A DNA stretch of 64,000 nt from an uncultured candidatus Porisulfidus sp. (GCA_965204575.1 OZ241993.1:448001-512000); one strand, 5' to 3'. Counted from the stretch's first letter, positions 1 to 10,001 are shown. Made by a program: numbers and translations. Notes: generated from the letters alone by a model not told the origin.

Positions 1-18
1 TGTTAGAATGTTTCGGCC

Positions 19-345
19 ATGGCCGCCCGGATCCCCGTGCCCGAATCCTTGCACGCGCTTGACGACGATATCGAACGCGCCTGCCACGCGGTCAAGGGGC
101 TTTCGCATCCGATCCGACTCAAAGTCCTCTGCGTTCTGGGCGACAACGAAATGTCGGTCAACGACCTGGCGGCCGCCTGCGAAACCTCGCAAAGCAACAT
201 CTCGCAGCACCTGAGCATCCTCCGACAATGCGGCATCCTGGCCACCCGCAAGGAGGCCAACTTCGTGCACTACCGGATCAACGATCCGCGCATGATCCAG
301 CTGATGAACCTGATGCGTGACATGTTCTGTTCGCAGGCGCACTGA
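19..345 (+). CDS. ArsR/SmtB-family transcriptional regulator (BigR/YgaV-like)
   Basis: KGLSHPIRLKVLCVL...SQSNISQHLSILR...VHYRI wHTH; Cys near each terminus (RACH, MFCS); first gene of the arsR-rhodanese-grxC-secB-gpsA cluster. Confidence 0.9.
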   Translation: MAARIPVPESLHALDDDIERACHAVKGLSHPIRLKVLCVLGDNEMSVNDLAAACETSQSNISQHLSILRQCGILATRKEANFVHYRINDPRMIQLMNLMRDMFCSQAH

Positions 346-356
346 ACATTGACTTA

Positions 357-785
357 ATGCAGGAATACTTAGACTTCGCGATGCGCCACCCGTTCCTGAT
401 GGGAGCGGTCACGGCACTGGTCGTCATGATCGCGGTGACCGAAATGCGCCGCTTGACGCGTCGATACAAGGAGATCACCGCCGCGCAGGCCGTGCAGTTG
501 ATGAACCGGGAGTCGGCATGGATGCTGGACGTGCGGGAAGACCCGGAAGTCAAGGGCAGCATGATCCCGAATTCCCAGCGAATCGCGCTCAGCGAACTGC
601 CGAAGCGTATCGGGGAGCTGAAAGGACAGGAAGGGCCGGTGATCGCCTACTGCCGGACCGGGATGCAGGCGCATCGAGCCTGCAAGATGCTGGTGCGGGA
701 GGGATTGGACCCCGTCTACAACCTGAAAGGCGGGATCGGCGGCTGGCAGGAAGCCGGAATGCCGCTGGAGGCCAGTCCGTCGTGA
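357..785 (+). CDS. Rhodanese-like protein with N-terminal membrane anchor (YibN-like)
   Basis: LDVRE, AYCRTG active-site loop, YNLKGGIGGW; conserved position before grxC/secB. Confidence 0.9.
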   Translation: MQEYLDFAMRHPFLMGAVTALVVMIAVTEMRRLTRRYKEITAAQAVQLMNRESAWMLDVREDPEVKGSMIPNSQRIALSELPKRIGELKGQEGPVIAYCRTGMQAHRACKMLVREGLDPVYNLKGGIGGWQEAGMPLEASPS

Positions 786-1054
786 CTCCGCCCGAAGTCG
801 TGCTTTACACGGGCCCTGCCTGCCTGTACTGCGACCGCGCCAAGATGCTGCTGGAACGCAAGGGGGTCTCCTACCAGGAAATCCGCGTGGATCGGGACCC
901 CGGGGAATTCTCCACCATGCTGGAGCGTAGCGGCGGGCGCCGGTCCGTGCCGCAAATTTTCATCGGGGACTACCATGTGGGCGGTTTCGACGACATGTCC
1001 GCGCTCAACCTGGAAGGCAAACTGGATCCACTGCTGGCGGGAGAACCCGCGTGA
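782..1054 (+). CDS. grxC: Glutaredoxin 3
   Basis: GTG at 782 overlaps the upstream stop; CLYC active site, RSVPQIFIGDYHVGGFDD. Confidence 0.9.
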   Translation: MTPPEVVLYTGPACLYCDRAKMLLERKGVSYQEIRVDRDPGEFSTMLERSGGRRSVPQIFIGDYHVGGFDDMSALNLEGKLDPLLAGEPA

Positions 1055-1578
1055 CGAAGAAATCTGCCTCCCCCTCCGGCAAAGGCGCAACCCGGACGAG
1101 ACGCATGCAATTCGTGGAACACCACGGCAACTCGACGTTCGCGGTCGAGCACATCTGCCTGCGCTACGCCGAGTTCAAGACGGTGCGCGAATCCGGGGAG
1201 TTTGTTGAGGGCCAGTTCGAAACCAAGGCGCGGATCAGCAACGAGACGGTCTCGCTGGATGACGACCGCCATTCGGTCTCCCTGATCGTCAACGTGACGC
1301 GGCTGGAGGATGAGACGGAGGTCTTCAGCTGCGAGGTCTGCTATGCCGGCGTTTTCCTGATCCAGGGCTTGTCCGAGGAGAAGGGTCATGAACTGCTGAT
1401 GACCCGGTGCCTGGACATGCTCTACCCGTACATCAGTTCGACGATCGCGCAACTGGCGAGCCAGGCCGGTTTCCAAGGCCTGCAACTCGTTCCCATCAGT
1501 TTCGGGGCGTTGTACCGGAGCGAGCAGCGCGAAAAACAGCAGTGGGAAGACATCCAGGACAAGGTGGTTCGCCACTGA
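1051..1578 (+). CDS. secB: Protein-export chaperone SecB (divergent)
   Basis: FSCEVCYAGVF, CLDMLYPY, GFQGLQLVPISFGALY; between grxC and gpsA. Confidence 0.8.
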   Translation: MTKKSASPSGKGATRTRRMQFVEHHGNSTFAVEHICLRYAEFKTVRESGEFVEGQFETKARISNETVSLDDDRHSVSLIVNVTRLEDETEVFSCEVCYAGVFLIQGLSEEKGHELLMTRCLDMLYPYISSTIAQLASQAGFQGLQLVPISFGALYRSEQREKQQWEDIQDKVVRH

Positions 1579-1588
1579 CATCCCCGGC

Positions 1589-2581
1589 ATGGAAATTTCG
1601 ATTCTGGGGCAGGGCGCATGGGGCACGGCGCTCGCCTTTCACGTATCCCAGGCCCATGCGGTGCGCTGGTGGGGTCGCGACCCGGCCCGATGCCACACAC
1701 TGGCAAGCACTCGATTGAACGAAGCCGCCCTCCCGGGTTGCGTCATCCCGGATACCGTCCAGATCACGGAGGACATCCGGGCCTGCGTGGAGGGCTGCGA
1801 CTGGGTCGTCATGACCGTACCGGTTGCGGCAACGGCTGAAGTCGCCGCACAACTGGAACCGGTCTCCCGGTTCGGGCTGATCTGGACCTGCAAGGGAATG
1901 GATCCGGACAGCGGCCGGCTGCCCGGGGAGATCCTGGATGACGTCCTGGGTCCGGGAACGCAGCGCGCCGTCCTGTCGGGGCCTTCCTTCGCGGACGACC
2001 TCGCGGCAGGGCTGCCGGCGGCCGCGGTCATGGCAGCGGCGGATCCAGAGGTCGCCGAAGCGGCGGCCACGGTGTTTCATCATGGTCCGTTTCGAATCTA
2101 TCCGGGAACGGACCCGGTCGGGGTCCAACTCGGCGGCGCGGTGAAGAACGTCCTGGCAATCGCCGCCGGCATTGCGCACGGGCTGCGGCTCGGCGACAGC
2201 GCCCGCGCCGCGTTGATTACCCGCGGCACCAACGAAATGATGGTATTGGGCAAGGCACTCGGAGCGAATCAGTCCACCTTGTCCGGCCTGTCCGGCCTGG
2301 GTGACCTTGTGCTGACCTGCTCCAGCGCCCATTCGCGCAATTTCCGCCTGGGCCAACTGATCGGCGAAGGTCAATCGGTCGAGCAGGCCAGCGCCACGAT
2401 CGGGCAGGTCACCGAGGGACGGTACACCGCCCTTGCGCTGTCTCGGCTAAGCCAGGATCATGGGCTGGAACTGCCCATCTGCGAACAGGTCCGACAAGTG
2501 CTGGCAGGAGCTATCCGTCCGGCCCAAGCGGTCGAAGCCTTGTTGACACGTCCGGCCAAGTTCGAGGTTCTGCATGCCTGA
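1589..2581 (+). CDS. gpsA: NAD(P)H-dependent glycerol-3-phosphate dehydrogenase
   Basis: GQGAWGTALA, LSGPSFA, GGAVKNVLAIAAG, GLGDLVLTC, SRNFRLG. Confidence 0.95.
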   Translation: MEISILGQGAWGTALAFHVSQAHAVRWWGRDPARCHTLASTRLNEAALPGCVIPDTVQITEDIRACVEGCDWVVMTVPVAATAEVAAQLEPVSRFGLIWTCKGMDPDSGRLPGEILDDVLGPGTQRAVLSGPSFADDLAAGLPAAAVMAAADPEVAEAAATVFHHGPFRIYPGTDPVGVQLGGAVKNVLAIAAGIAHGLRLGDSARAALITRGTNEMMVLGKALGANQSTLSGLSGLGDLVLTCSSAHSRNFRLGQLIGEGQSVEQASATIGQVTEGRYTALALSRLSQDHGLELPICEQVRQVLAGAIRPAQAVEALLTRPAKFEVLHA

Positions 2582-3527
2582 CAAAGACCCGCTCTCGATC
2601 GATTTTTCCGGCCTGTCCCTGAAGACCCCCCTGGTCCTGCTCTCGGGCTGCGTCGGCTTCGGCGACGAATACACCCGGGTCGAAGGCTTTTCGCACGACG
2701 AGATCGGAGCGGTCTGCCTCAAGGGAACCACTCTCGAGCCCCGCCTGGGCAACCGGCCGCACCGGCTGGCGGAAACCCCGGACGGCCTGCTGAATTCGAT
2801 TGGCCTGCAGAACCCCGGCGTGGATGCGGTCATCCGCGATGTGCTACCGACTTTGGATTTCTCCGCCACCCGTTTCCTCGCCAACGTATCCGGAGCCACC
2901 GTCGAGGAATACGCCGAGGTCACGCGGCGCTTCGACGGCTCTCCGATCGACGGCATCGAGGTCAACATTTCGTGCCCCAACGTCAAGGCCGGCGGCATGG
3001 AATTCGGCAATGACCCGAAAATGTCGGCAGTCGTGGTCGATGCCTGCCGAAAGGCGACCTCCAAGCCGCTGATTATCAAAATGTCGCCGAATCAGACCGA
3101 CATCCGCGCCAATACGCGCGCCTGCCTGGAAGCGGGGGCGGACGCATTCGCGGTCATCAACACGGTCTCCGGCATGGCCGTCGACGCCGAGTCCCGTTCC
3201 GCCGTGCTGGGCGCAAAACAGGGAGGATTATCCGGGCCTGCCATCAAACCCATCGCCCTCCTCAAGGTGCATGAGGTCTACCAGGAAACCGAAGCCCATG
3301 GCATTCCGATCATCGGCCAAGGAGGCGTGGTTTCGACAGCGGACGCGCTGGAATTCCTGATTGCCGGTGCTTCGGCGGTGGGGGTCGGTACCGGGCTGTT
3401 CTACGACCCGCTGGCCTGCCGTTCGATCAACGAGGGCATCCGCGACTACCTGCTGCGCCACGACCTTGGTTCGGTCGCGGAACTGACCGGCACCCTGGAT
3501 TTTAGCGACGCTCAGTCTTCCGAGTAG
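2574..3527 (+). CDS. pyrD: Dihydroorotate dehydrogenase, family 1 (1B-like catalytic subunit)
   Basis: LLNSIGLQNPG, EVNISCPN (catalytic Cys), INTV, GGLSGPAIKP. Confidence 0.9.
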   Translation: MPDKDPLSIDFSGLSLKTPLVLLSGCVGFGDEYTRVEGFSHDEIGAVCLKGTTLEPRLGNRPHRLAETPDGLLNSIGLQNPGVDAVIRDVLPTLDFSATRFLANVSGATVEEYAEVTRRFDGSPIDGIEVNISCPNVKAGGMEFGNDPKMSAVVVDACRKATSKPLIIKMSPNQTDIRANTRACLEAGADAFAVINTVSGMAVDAESRSAVLGAKQGGLSGPAIKPIALLKVHEVYQETEAHGIPIIGQGGVVSTADALEFLIAGASAVGVGTGLFYDPLACRSINEGIRDYLLRHDLGSVAELTGTLDFSDAQSSE

Positions 3528-4372
3528 CCGAGCCGCTCAAGCAGGCCCTGCAGCGAATCCTCGCTGCTGTAATGCAGCACCAGGTTTCCGCCTTTTCTCC
3601 CGGGACGGAGGGTGACCGGGCACCCCAGATAATCTGACAGCCGTTGCTGGAGACGCGTCAAATCCGGGTCCGGCTCCGAAGTGCCGGAAGATTTGGCTTT
3701 CTTGGTTTTCTGCGCCCGGCGCTCCGTCGCCCGAACCGACAAGTCCTCGTCCTGAATGGCTTGCGCCAGTTTTTTCTGGCGATTGGCCGGCAAGGGCACC
3801 AGAACCCGGGCATGCCCCATGCTGATCCTGCCGTCCCGGACCCACTGTTGGACTTCCGGGCAAAGTTCGAGCAGGCGAATCAGGTTGGTGACGGTGGCGC
3901 GCGCCCGGCCGACCTGTTCGGCGACTTGCTCATGGGTCTGATCCAGACGGTCGGCCAACCCGCGTAACGCCTGGGCCTCATCGATGGGATTGAGGTCTTC
4001 CCGCTGGATGTTTTCGATCAGGGTTATCGTCGCGGCCTCGTCGTCGGATAAATCGCGAATCACCGCCGGCAGGGATTCGAGTCCAGCGGCACGGGCGGCG
4101 CGTAGCCTCCGTTCCCCCGCCACCAGTTCGTATTGCCCCCCGACCCGGCGCACCACGACCGGTTGGATCGCACCGCGCTCCTTCAGCGAGGCGGCCAAAG
4201 ACTCGATCGCTTGATCGTCGAATTGAGTTCGCGGCTGGTACGGACTCGTGCGCAACCGATTCAGCGGGATGTCCTGGAGTTCCGAATCGTCGCGTTCATC
4301 AACTGGCTTGGGCCGAGAGCTCAGCAGGGCGTCGACCCCTGCTCCCAAGCGGCGTTTGGGAGGATTGCTCAT
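3512..4372 (-). CDS. parB: Chromosome partitioning protein ParB
   Basis: PYQPR, YELVAGERRLRAA, IENIQREDLNPIDEA, HTH. Confidence 0.95.
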   Translation of the reverse strand: MSNPPKRRLGAGVDALLSSRPKPVDERDDSELQDIPLNRLRTSPYQPRTQFDDQAIESLAASLKERGAIQPVVVRRVGGQYELVAGERRLRAARAAGLESLPAVIRDLSDDEAATITLIENIQREDLNPIDEAQALRGLADRLDQTHEQVAEQVGRARATVTNLIRLLELCPEVQQWVRDGRISMGHARVLVPLPANRQKKLAQAIQDEDLSVRATERRAQKTKKAKSSGTSEPDPDLTRLQQRLSDYLGCPVTLRPGRKGGNLVLHYSSEDSLQGLLERLGYSED

Positions 4373-5148
4373 AGGGTAAAACCGGGCTCGGAGCGTTCGC
4401 CGCGCAGGATTTCGCCCGCCAACATCAGATACGCGACAGCGCCCCGGCTCGACGGGTCGTAGGACGAGACCGGCCGCCCGTGGCTGGGCGCTTCGGCCAG
4501 CGTGACATTGCGAGGGATCATGGTGCGATAAACCTGTTCGCCAAAATGTTCTAAAAGCGCCTCGGAAACTTCGTGCGACAGTTTATTGCGTGGGTCGTAC
4601 ATGGTACGCAGGATTCCCGCGATGGCAAGTTTCTGGTTCGCTTGGCGGGAAATCTGGGCGATGGTGTCGAGCAGGGCGCTCAACCCTTCCAAGGCATAGA
4701 ACTCGCATTGGGTCGGCACGATCACACGGTCGGCAACCACCAGGGCGTTGATCGTCAGGATGTTCAGCGACGGGGGGCAATCGACGAGAATGTAGTCGTC
4801 CGCGCAATCGACCAGCGCCTCACGCAACCGGTACTCGCGCTGGTCTTCCGCCACGAGGCGCACTTCGGCTTCGGTCAGGTCGGGCCCGGCCGACACCAGG
4901 TCGAATCCCCCGTGGGGTGCGGCCACGCGCACTTCGGCAATCGGAGCGCCTTCCAGCAGAAGGTCCGCGCAGCTTTGCGCTAGGTCGTTCTTGTTCAAGC
5001 CGCAACCGGTCGTGGCATTGCCCTGGGGGTCCAGGTCGACCAGCAAGACTTTTTTGCCGGCAGAGGTCAGCGAAGCCGCCAGGTTGATGGCGGTGGTGGT
5101 TTTACCGACTCCGCCTTTCTGGTTGCAGATGGCGAATACCTGGGTCAT
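4369..5148 (-). CDS. parA: Chromosome partitioning ATPase ParA/Soj
   Basis: NQKGGVGKTTT deviant Walker A, DLDPQGN, DCPP, IPRNVTLAEAPSHG; ATG at 5148 overlaps the rsmG stop. Confidence 0.95.
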   Translation of the reverse strand: MTQVFAICNQKGGVGKTTTAINLAASLTSAGKKVLLVDLDPQGNATTGCGLNKNDLAQSCADLLLEGAPIAEVRVAAPHGGFDLVSAGPDLTEAEVRLVAEDQREYRLREALVDCADDYILVDCPPSLNILTINALVVADRVIVPTQCEFYALEGLSALLDTIAQISRQANQKLAIAGILRTMYDPRNKLSHEVSEALLEHFGEQVYRTMIPRNVTLAEAPSHGRPVSSYDPSSRGAVAYLMLAGEILRGERSEPGFTL

Positions 5149-5894
5149 GAGCCCTCCGCGGCGGCATCCGAGGGGCGAAGCACCACCACCGTTCGGGTCG
5201 AAGAGCCGGCGACCGATTTCTCCAGTTTCATGACCGAAGCGTTCCACCCTTGCGGAAGTTCATGCAATTCCCGTTCGACGTCCAGACCCTTCGGAAACAA
5301 GTAGACTCCCTCCGCGCCGATCAGGTGTTCGCTGCATCGGACAAGCTCCCCCAGCGAACCCACCGCCCGAGCCATGACGCATTCGAACGGGTCGCCCTGG
5401 TAATGCCCGACTTCGCCCGTGACGACTTCGACATTGGGCAGGTCCAGTTCCAACTTTGCCTGCCGGACGAAGCGGGTTTTCTTGCGGCTGCGGTCGAGCA
5501 GCACGAATTGGCGTTCGGGGTGGATCACGGCCAGCGGCAAGCCCGGCAACCCGGCACCCGTGCCAAAATCCAGAATCCGGCGGGCATCGGACGGAAGAAA
5601 ACTGGAAAGCACGAGAGAATCCAAGAGGTGCCGCGGCACGATTTCCGGCAGGGTGCGGGCGCCGACCAGGTTGTACGCCCGGTTCCACTGCGCGACAAGC
5701 CTACAGTAAGCCGACAGGGTCTTGACTTGCTCGGAGGAGAGATCCAAGCCGGAAATCCCCCGAATGCCTGCCTTCAGTTGGCGCTCCAATACGCTTTCCG
5801 ACGGCAAGCCGGAAGTCGCGGAAACGGTTCGAGAACGGCGCGTTTGGCGAGAGGGCTCCCGGGCACGGGAAGGAAGGGCCCTGCCTCCCCCCAT
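5145..5894 (-). CDS. rsmG: 16S rRNA m7G527 methyltransferase (start uncertain)
   Basis: WNRAYNL, RHLLDSL, LDFGTGAGLPG, KKTRF; follows mnmG. Confidence 0.93.
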   Translation of the reverse strand: MGGGRALPSRAREPSRQTRRSRTVSATSGLPSESVLERQLKAGIRGISGLDLSSEQVKTLSAYCRLVAQWNRAYNLVGARTLPEIVPRHLLDSLVLSSFLPSDARRILDFGTGAGLPGLPLAVIHPERQFVLLDRSRKKTRFVRQAKLELDLPNVEVVTGEVGHYQGDPFECVMARAVGSLGELVRCSEHLIGAEGVYLFPKGLDVERELHELPQGWNASVMKLEKSVAGSSTRTVVVLRPSDAAAEGS

Positions 5895-5895
5895 G

Positions 5896-7728
5896 TCAGA
5901 GAACCTGTTGCCGGGTGCCGTCGGCCTTCAAGTGGATCTTCAGGATCGCGACGGCGGCAGGCGTCACTCCGGGAATGCGCGCGGCCTGCCCCAGCGTGGC
6001 GGGCCGGCAGTGGCTCAACTTCTCTCGCGCCTCGTGGGACAAGGCGGTAATCGACCGATAGTCGATTCCGTCCGGCAGGCGACGGGTTTCGTCCTGCTTG
6101 AGCCGTTCGATCTCGTGTTGATGCCGGCGGATATATCCTTCGTAGCGAAGTTCGATCTCCGCCTGGCGACCGATCTCGGGACTGGCCGGCTCGTACGCCG
6201 GAAGCATCGAGACGGCTTCCGCATAGTTCGTTTCGGGGCGCCGCAGAACATCGGCCAAACTGTCTTCGCCCAGCCGAGTGGCCCGCAATCGTCCCAATTC
6301 CTGTTCCAGAGAATCGCGCCGCTTGCAGAAAAGATCCCAGTGCGTGTCGCAGACCAAGCCCAACTCGCGCCCGGTCTCGGTCAGGCGCAGGTCGGCATTG
6401 TCTTCCCGTAGGGTCAGGCGGTATTCGGCGCGGCTGGTGAACATGCGGTACGGCTCATCCACGCCCCGGGTAATCAGGTCATCGACCAGAACGCCGGCAT
6501 AGGCCTCGTCGCGGCGTGGCCACCAAGCCTCGCGGTTCAGGCTTTGGGCTGCCGCGTTATAGCCTGCCAGCAGTCCCTGCGCCGCTGCTTCTTCGTAACC
6601 GGTCGTGCCGTTGATTTGTCCCGCCAGATACAGGCCGGGCAGGGCCTTGCACTGCAAGGTCGGGCGCAGTTGCCGCGGGTCGAAGAAGTCGTATTCGATG
6701 GCATAGCCGTAACGCGTCAGTTGCGCTTCCTCAAACCCCGGAATGGTCCGGACGAACCGTTCCTGCACTTCGGCCGGCAGACTGGTGGAGATTCCATTGG
6801 GATAGATCACGTCGGTATCCAAGCCTTCGGGCTCGATGAACACCTGGTGAGACGGTCGCTCGGCAAAACGGACCACCTTGTCCTCAACCGAGGGGCAATA
6901 ACGCGGCCCGCGGCCGTCAATGGCGCCCGTATGCATCGGCGACTGGTGCAAATGTGCGCGAATCAGTTCGTGAGTCGCTTCTGTCGTCCGGGTCAGATGG
7001 CAGGACACCTGCCGCGGATGCACATCCGGCGGGCTGAGCCGGGACAGCGGCGGTGGCGGGATTTCGCCCGGCTGGACAGAAACTTTATCCCAATCAATGG
7101 TTTGGCCGTCCAGACGAGGAGGGGTTCCGGTCTTGAGCCGCCCGACATCGGGCAACAGTTCACGCAACCGATGCGCGAGGAGCAGGGACGGAGGGTCTCC
7201 GGCCCGACCGCCTTGGGTCTGTTCAGCCCCGATATGAATCGCGCCATCCAGAAATGTGCCGGTGGACAGCACGACCGCAGACGCCTCGATCCGGTTTCCT
7301 TCCTCGGTAAGAATGCCACCGACCTTGCCGTCCCGTACGATCAGGTCGCCGACTGCAATCGATTGAACCTCCAGGTTTTGGGCTTCGGTGACGAAGCCCT
7401 GGATCGCCTCGCGGTAGAGCTTGCGATCAGTCTGGGCGCGGGTGGCGTGCACCGCAGGCCCTTTTCTCCGGTTAAGCACTCGGACATGGATGCCGGCACG
7501 ATCCGCTGCCTGCGCCATCACCCCGCCCAGTGCATCAATTTCGCGCACCAGGTGGCTTTTCCCGATGCCGCCAATCGCCGGGTTGCAACTCATTTGTCCG
7601 ATTCTGTCGAAACGGTGAGTCAAAAGCAGGGTGCGCGCGCCGGTGCGCGCAGACGCAAGCGCCGCCTCCACGCCGGCATGGCCGCCGCCGATGACTAGAG
7701 CGTCCCAGATGCGATTCGTGGCTGTCAT
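5896..7728 (-). CDS. mnmG: tRNA uridine 5-carboxymethylaminomethyl modification enzyme (GidA)
   Basis: [72 protein letters not shown]. Confidence 0.97.
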   Translation of the reverse strand: MTATNRIWDALVIGGGHAGVEAALASARTGARTLLLTHRFDRIGQMSCNPAIGGIGKSHLVREIDALGGVMAQAADRAGIHVRVLNRRKGPAVHATRAQTDRKLYREAIQGFVTEAQNLEVQSIAVGDLIVRDGKVGGILTEEGNRIEASAVVLSTGTFLDGAIHIGAEQTQGGRAGDPPSLLLAHRLRELLPDVGRLKTGTPPRLDGQTIDWDKVSVQPGEIPPPPLSRLSPPDVHPRQVSCHLTRTTEATHELIRAHLHQSPMHTGAIDGRGPRYCPSVEDKVVRFAERPSHQVFIEPEGLDTDVIYPNGISTSLPAEVQERFVRTIPGFEEAQLTRYGYAIEYDFFDPRQLRPTLQCKALPGLYLAGQINGTTGYEEAAAQGLLAGYNAAAQSLNREAWWPRRDEAYAGVLVDDLITRGVDEPYRMFTSRAEYRLTLREDNADLRLTETGRELGLVCDTHWDLFCKRRDSLEQELGRLRATRLGEDSLADVLRRPETNYAEAVSMLPAYEPASPEIGRQAEIELRYEGYIRRHQHEIERLKQDETRRLPDGIDYRSITALSHEAREKLSHCRPATLGQAARIPGVTPAAVAILKIHLKADGTRQQVL

Positions 7729-7770
7729 TGCGTCGCTTAATATAGATGGAATCTGGAAATTCGGGGAAAT

Positions 7771-7821
7771 ATCCGATATAATAATTTATATATTATCTCT
7801 TTTTCGGACATTTATCGGACA
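7771..7821. promoter_or_regulatory. AT-rich divergent promoter region with TCCGATA/TATCGGA inverted repeat and tandem TCGGACA; possible operator
   Basis: atccgata (7771) ... tcggaca ... tatcggaca (7813-7821) between mnmG and the HTH gene. Confidence 0.35.
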
Positions 7822-7827
7822 ACCAAA

Positions 7828-8313
7828 ATGCGCCAAGAACGGCATAAGTTATTGTCCAGGCTGGAGAAACTAGGGCGGCCCGCGCTGATCTCAGAACTGC
7901 GTCAAGGATTCCGTGTCAATGATCGGACCCTGCGCCGTTGGTTGCTCGCGCTATGCGACGAAGGAGAGGTCGAGGCGACCGGATCCAACAAGGGAAGGCG
8001 GTACCGACTCGCGGCACCGCCGAAAACGGACCCGCAAATCGAGGACGGGACTCTTGATGAACTGCAACAGGAACTGCTGCGCGAAGCAATCCGCGACGCC
8101 GTCTGCGGGCGCACCCTGACAATCCTCCTCACGGAGCGTATTCGGACCCTTCTTCCAGCCCCGGTCCGCCCAGGCTTCATCGAAAACACCCTGCAACGCC
8201 TTCAATCGGTGACAAGCCAGGAAGCAAAATCGCTCGGGATCTCCCTGGAGGCATTCGAACGCTGGCGCCATCTACAATGCTCTACCGAATCCGGGCAACC
8301 GGCCGTCGATTGA
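7828..8313 (+). CDS. Hypothetical wHTH protein resembling the N- and C-terminal parts of large Fic-family proteins, without a Fic domain
   Basis: RTLRRWLLALCDEGEVEATGSNKGRRY wHTH; C-terminal FIENTLQRL...LGISLEAFERW; no HPFxDGNGR motif. Confidence 0.55.
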   Translation: MRQERHKLLSRLEKLGRPALISELRQGFRVNDRTLRRWLLALCDEGEVEATGSNKGRRYRLAAPPKTDPQIEDGTLDELQQELLREAIRDAVCGRTLTILLTERIRTLLPAPVRPGFIENTLQRLQSVTSQEAKSLGISLEAFERWRHLQCSTESGQPAVD

Positions 8314-8326
8314 CCCGAATCCCGCC

Positions 8327-9031
8327 ATGACTCTCCGCTTTCTTTCCATCGAGCATGTGCCACAAGAGGGGGTGGGCACAATTTCTACGTATATTCAAGA
8401 GATTGGCGGAAACCTGGCCCGGCACAGGCAATACCAGCAACACCCCCTGTCCGCTTCCCACGACGACTACGACGTGCTGGTGGCAATGGGGGGGCCGATG
8501 GGTGTATGCGACTCCGCCCAGTATCCCTGGCTCGACCGCGAACTGCACTTCATCCGCGAAGCGATTGATCAGGGCAAACCCGTCCTCGGCGTTTGTCTCG
8601 GCGCCCAGATGATCGCCAAGGCCTTGGGCGCGGAGGTTCGAAAGAATCCCTGCACGGAAATCGGCTGGTTCCCGGTTCATTTTGAGGACGCATTTCTGGA
8701 AACCCGGCTCGGGCAGGGGCTTGACCGGAAAATGGACGTCTTGCACTGGCACGGGGACACCTTTTCCATCCCTCCGGGCGCGGTGCATGTCGCGAGCAGC
8801 GAGGCCTGCGCCAACCAAGGGTTCCTGTACGAGGAGAGAGTGTTGGGACTTCAGTTCCACCTGGAGATGGGAACGGAAGAAGTGGACGTGATGACCGAAC
8901 ATTTCAAGGATGAACTGGTGCCCGACAGATTCGTGCAGGGCGGGGAAGAGATCCAGGCGCGAACCGAGGAATGTGCCGCGTCGGCACGGCGGGTCCTGTT
9001 CTCTATCTTGGACGGATGGCTGGAACGCTAA
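8327..9031 (+). CDS. Class I glutamine amidotransferase-like protein
   Basis: MGGPMG, LGVCLGAQ (catalytic Cys), EIGW, HWHGD, LQFHLE. Confidence 0.9.
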   Translation: MTLRFLSIEHVPQEGVGTISTYIQEIGGNLARHRQYQQHPLSASHDDYDVLVAMGGPMGVCDSAQYPWLDRELHFIREAIDQGKPVLGVCLGAQMIAKALGAEVRKNPCTEIGWFPVHFEDAFLETRLGQGLDRKMDVLHWHGDTFSIPPGAVHVASSEACANQGFLYEERVLGLQFHLEMGTEEVDVMTEHFKDELVPDRFVQGGEEIQARTEECAASARRVLFSILDGWLER

Positions 9032-9114
9032 CTGAGGTAGTCTTAAAAATAATCTTATTTATCAATAAATTAGTATCTATCATGCATTCCCCTTTTCTCT
9101 ACCTGTGCTCCAAG

Positions 9115-9149
9115 AAAAACGCCCAGCCGAAGCTGGGCGTTTAATTTTT
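9115..9149. terminator. Bidirectional rho-independent terminator
   Basis: aaacgcccagc-cgaa-gctgggcgttt perfect hairpin flanked by A and T runs, between convergent genes. Confidence 0.85.
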
Positions 9150-9174
9150 GAGGCTAGTTTTATGTTCGACTGAA

Positions 9175-9696
9175 TTACTCCGATGACAGCATTCCACCGA
9201 CTTTACCGGAGATCATGCCAAAGACGGCGCCAACGACAACGGATATCGCGACGACGACCAAGGCGTTTGAAGTACCAGCAGAGCTTAAGGCTTCCATAGT
9301 AAACGCGCCCTCAGTCTGCAGCGCATAGGCTGCAACGCTTGCATAGCCCAAAACACTTGCCGGGATTGAGGAGAAGTATTCGACATGGGCCAACAGGCAC
9401 ATGACTAGAACACTACCAGCAACTACGATTCCTGCCCAGATGGGAACAGTCAACGCTTCGCTTAACGGGATCAATAAGAAAACAAGTAGCGCTACCCAAG
9501 CGGCCACTGCACCAAAAATACCGCAAACAATCGTGTTTTGCAGTGCTTTTTGGTCTCCCCCTATTGCGAAATAACAGGCCCAAGCAATGAAAGCTACCCA
9601 AATAAGAACGATTCCGGATAATGGGCCCAAACTTAGTGCCGTTGCGACACCACCTAGAACACCAATGCTGACCGATAATGCGACAAGACTTGACAT
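9175..9696 (-). CDS. DUF1097-like integral membrane protein
   Basis: Hydrophobic; WVAFIAWACYFAIGG and SIPASVLGYA motifs; AGGAGGT SD just upstream of ATG 9696; lower GC than flanks. Confidence 0.7.
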   Translation of the reverse strand: MSSLVALSVSIGVLGGVATALSLGPLSGIVLIWVAFIAWACYFAIGGDQKALQNTIVCGIFGAVAAWVALLVFLLIPLSEALTVPIWAGIVVAGSVLVMCLLAHVEYFSSIPASVLGYASVAAYALQTEGAFTMEALSSAGTSNALVVVAISVVVGAVFGMISGKVGGMLSSE

Positions 9697-9949
9697 GGTC
9701 ATACCTCCTGTCAAATTGTTTTATCGACCGCTTCCGGCTAAATCTAACGTCCAACCGAACGACGATCTACCCCTATTGTACATGGTATGGATTTCCGCAA
9801 GTACCACTTTCGGAAGAGTCAATTCGGACGGCAATCGTGCCGGGGAAAATCCCGAGTGCCACTCCTTGGTTTTTCCGTTTCGCAACACCGGCTATAGACC
9901 AAGACCCATCAACATCCCCATCTCCATAGGCACCGGAAAAAGCGCGTGG

Positions 9950-9977
9950 TTGACATTGGCGGCAGTTGACCTATGAT
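9950..9977 (+). promoter_or_regulatory. Sigma70 promoter of the rpmH operon
   Basis: TTGACA (9950-9955)-16 nt-TATGAT (9972-9977). Confidence 0.7.
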
Positions 9978-10001
9978 GCGCACCCGGTTGCAATTCCGAC
10001 C

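Noticed and set aside
3512-10001. parS sites or oriC near parAB/mnmG
   Set aside because: No TGTTTCACGTGAAACA-like palindrome or DnaA-box cluster found by eye; a degenerate site could have been missed
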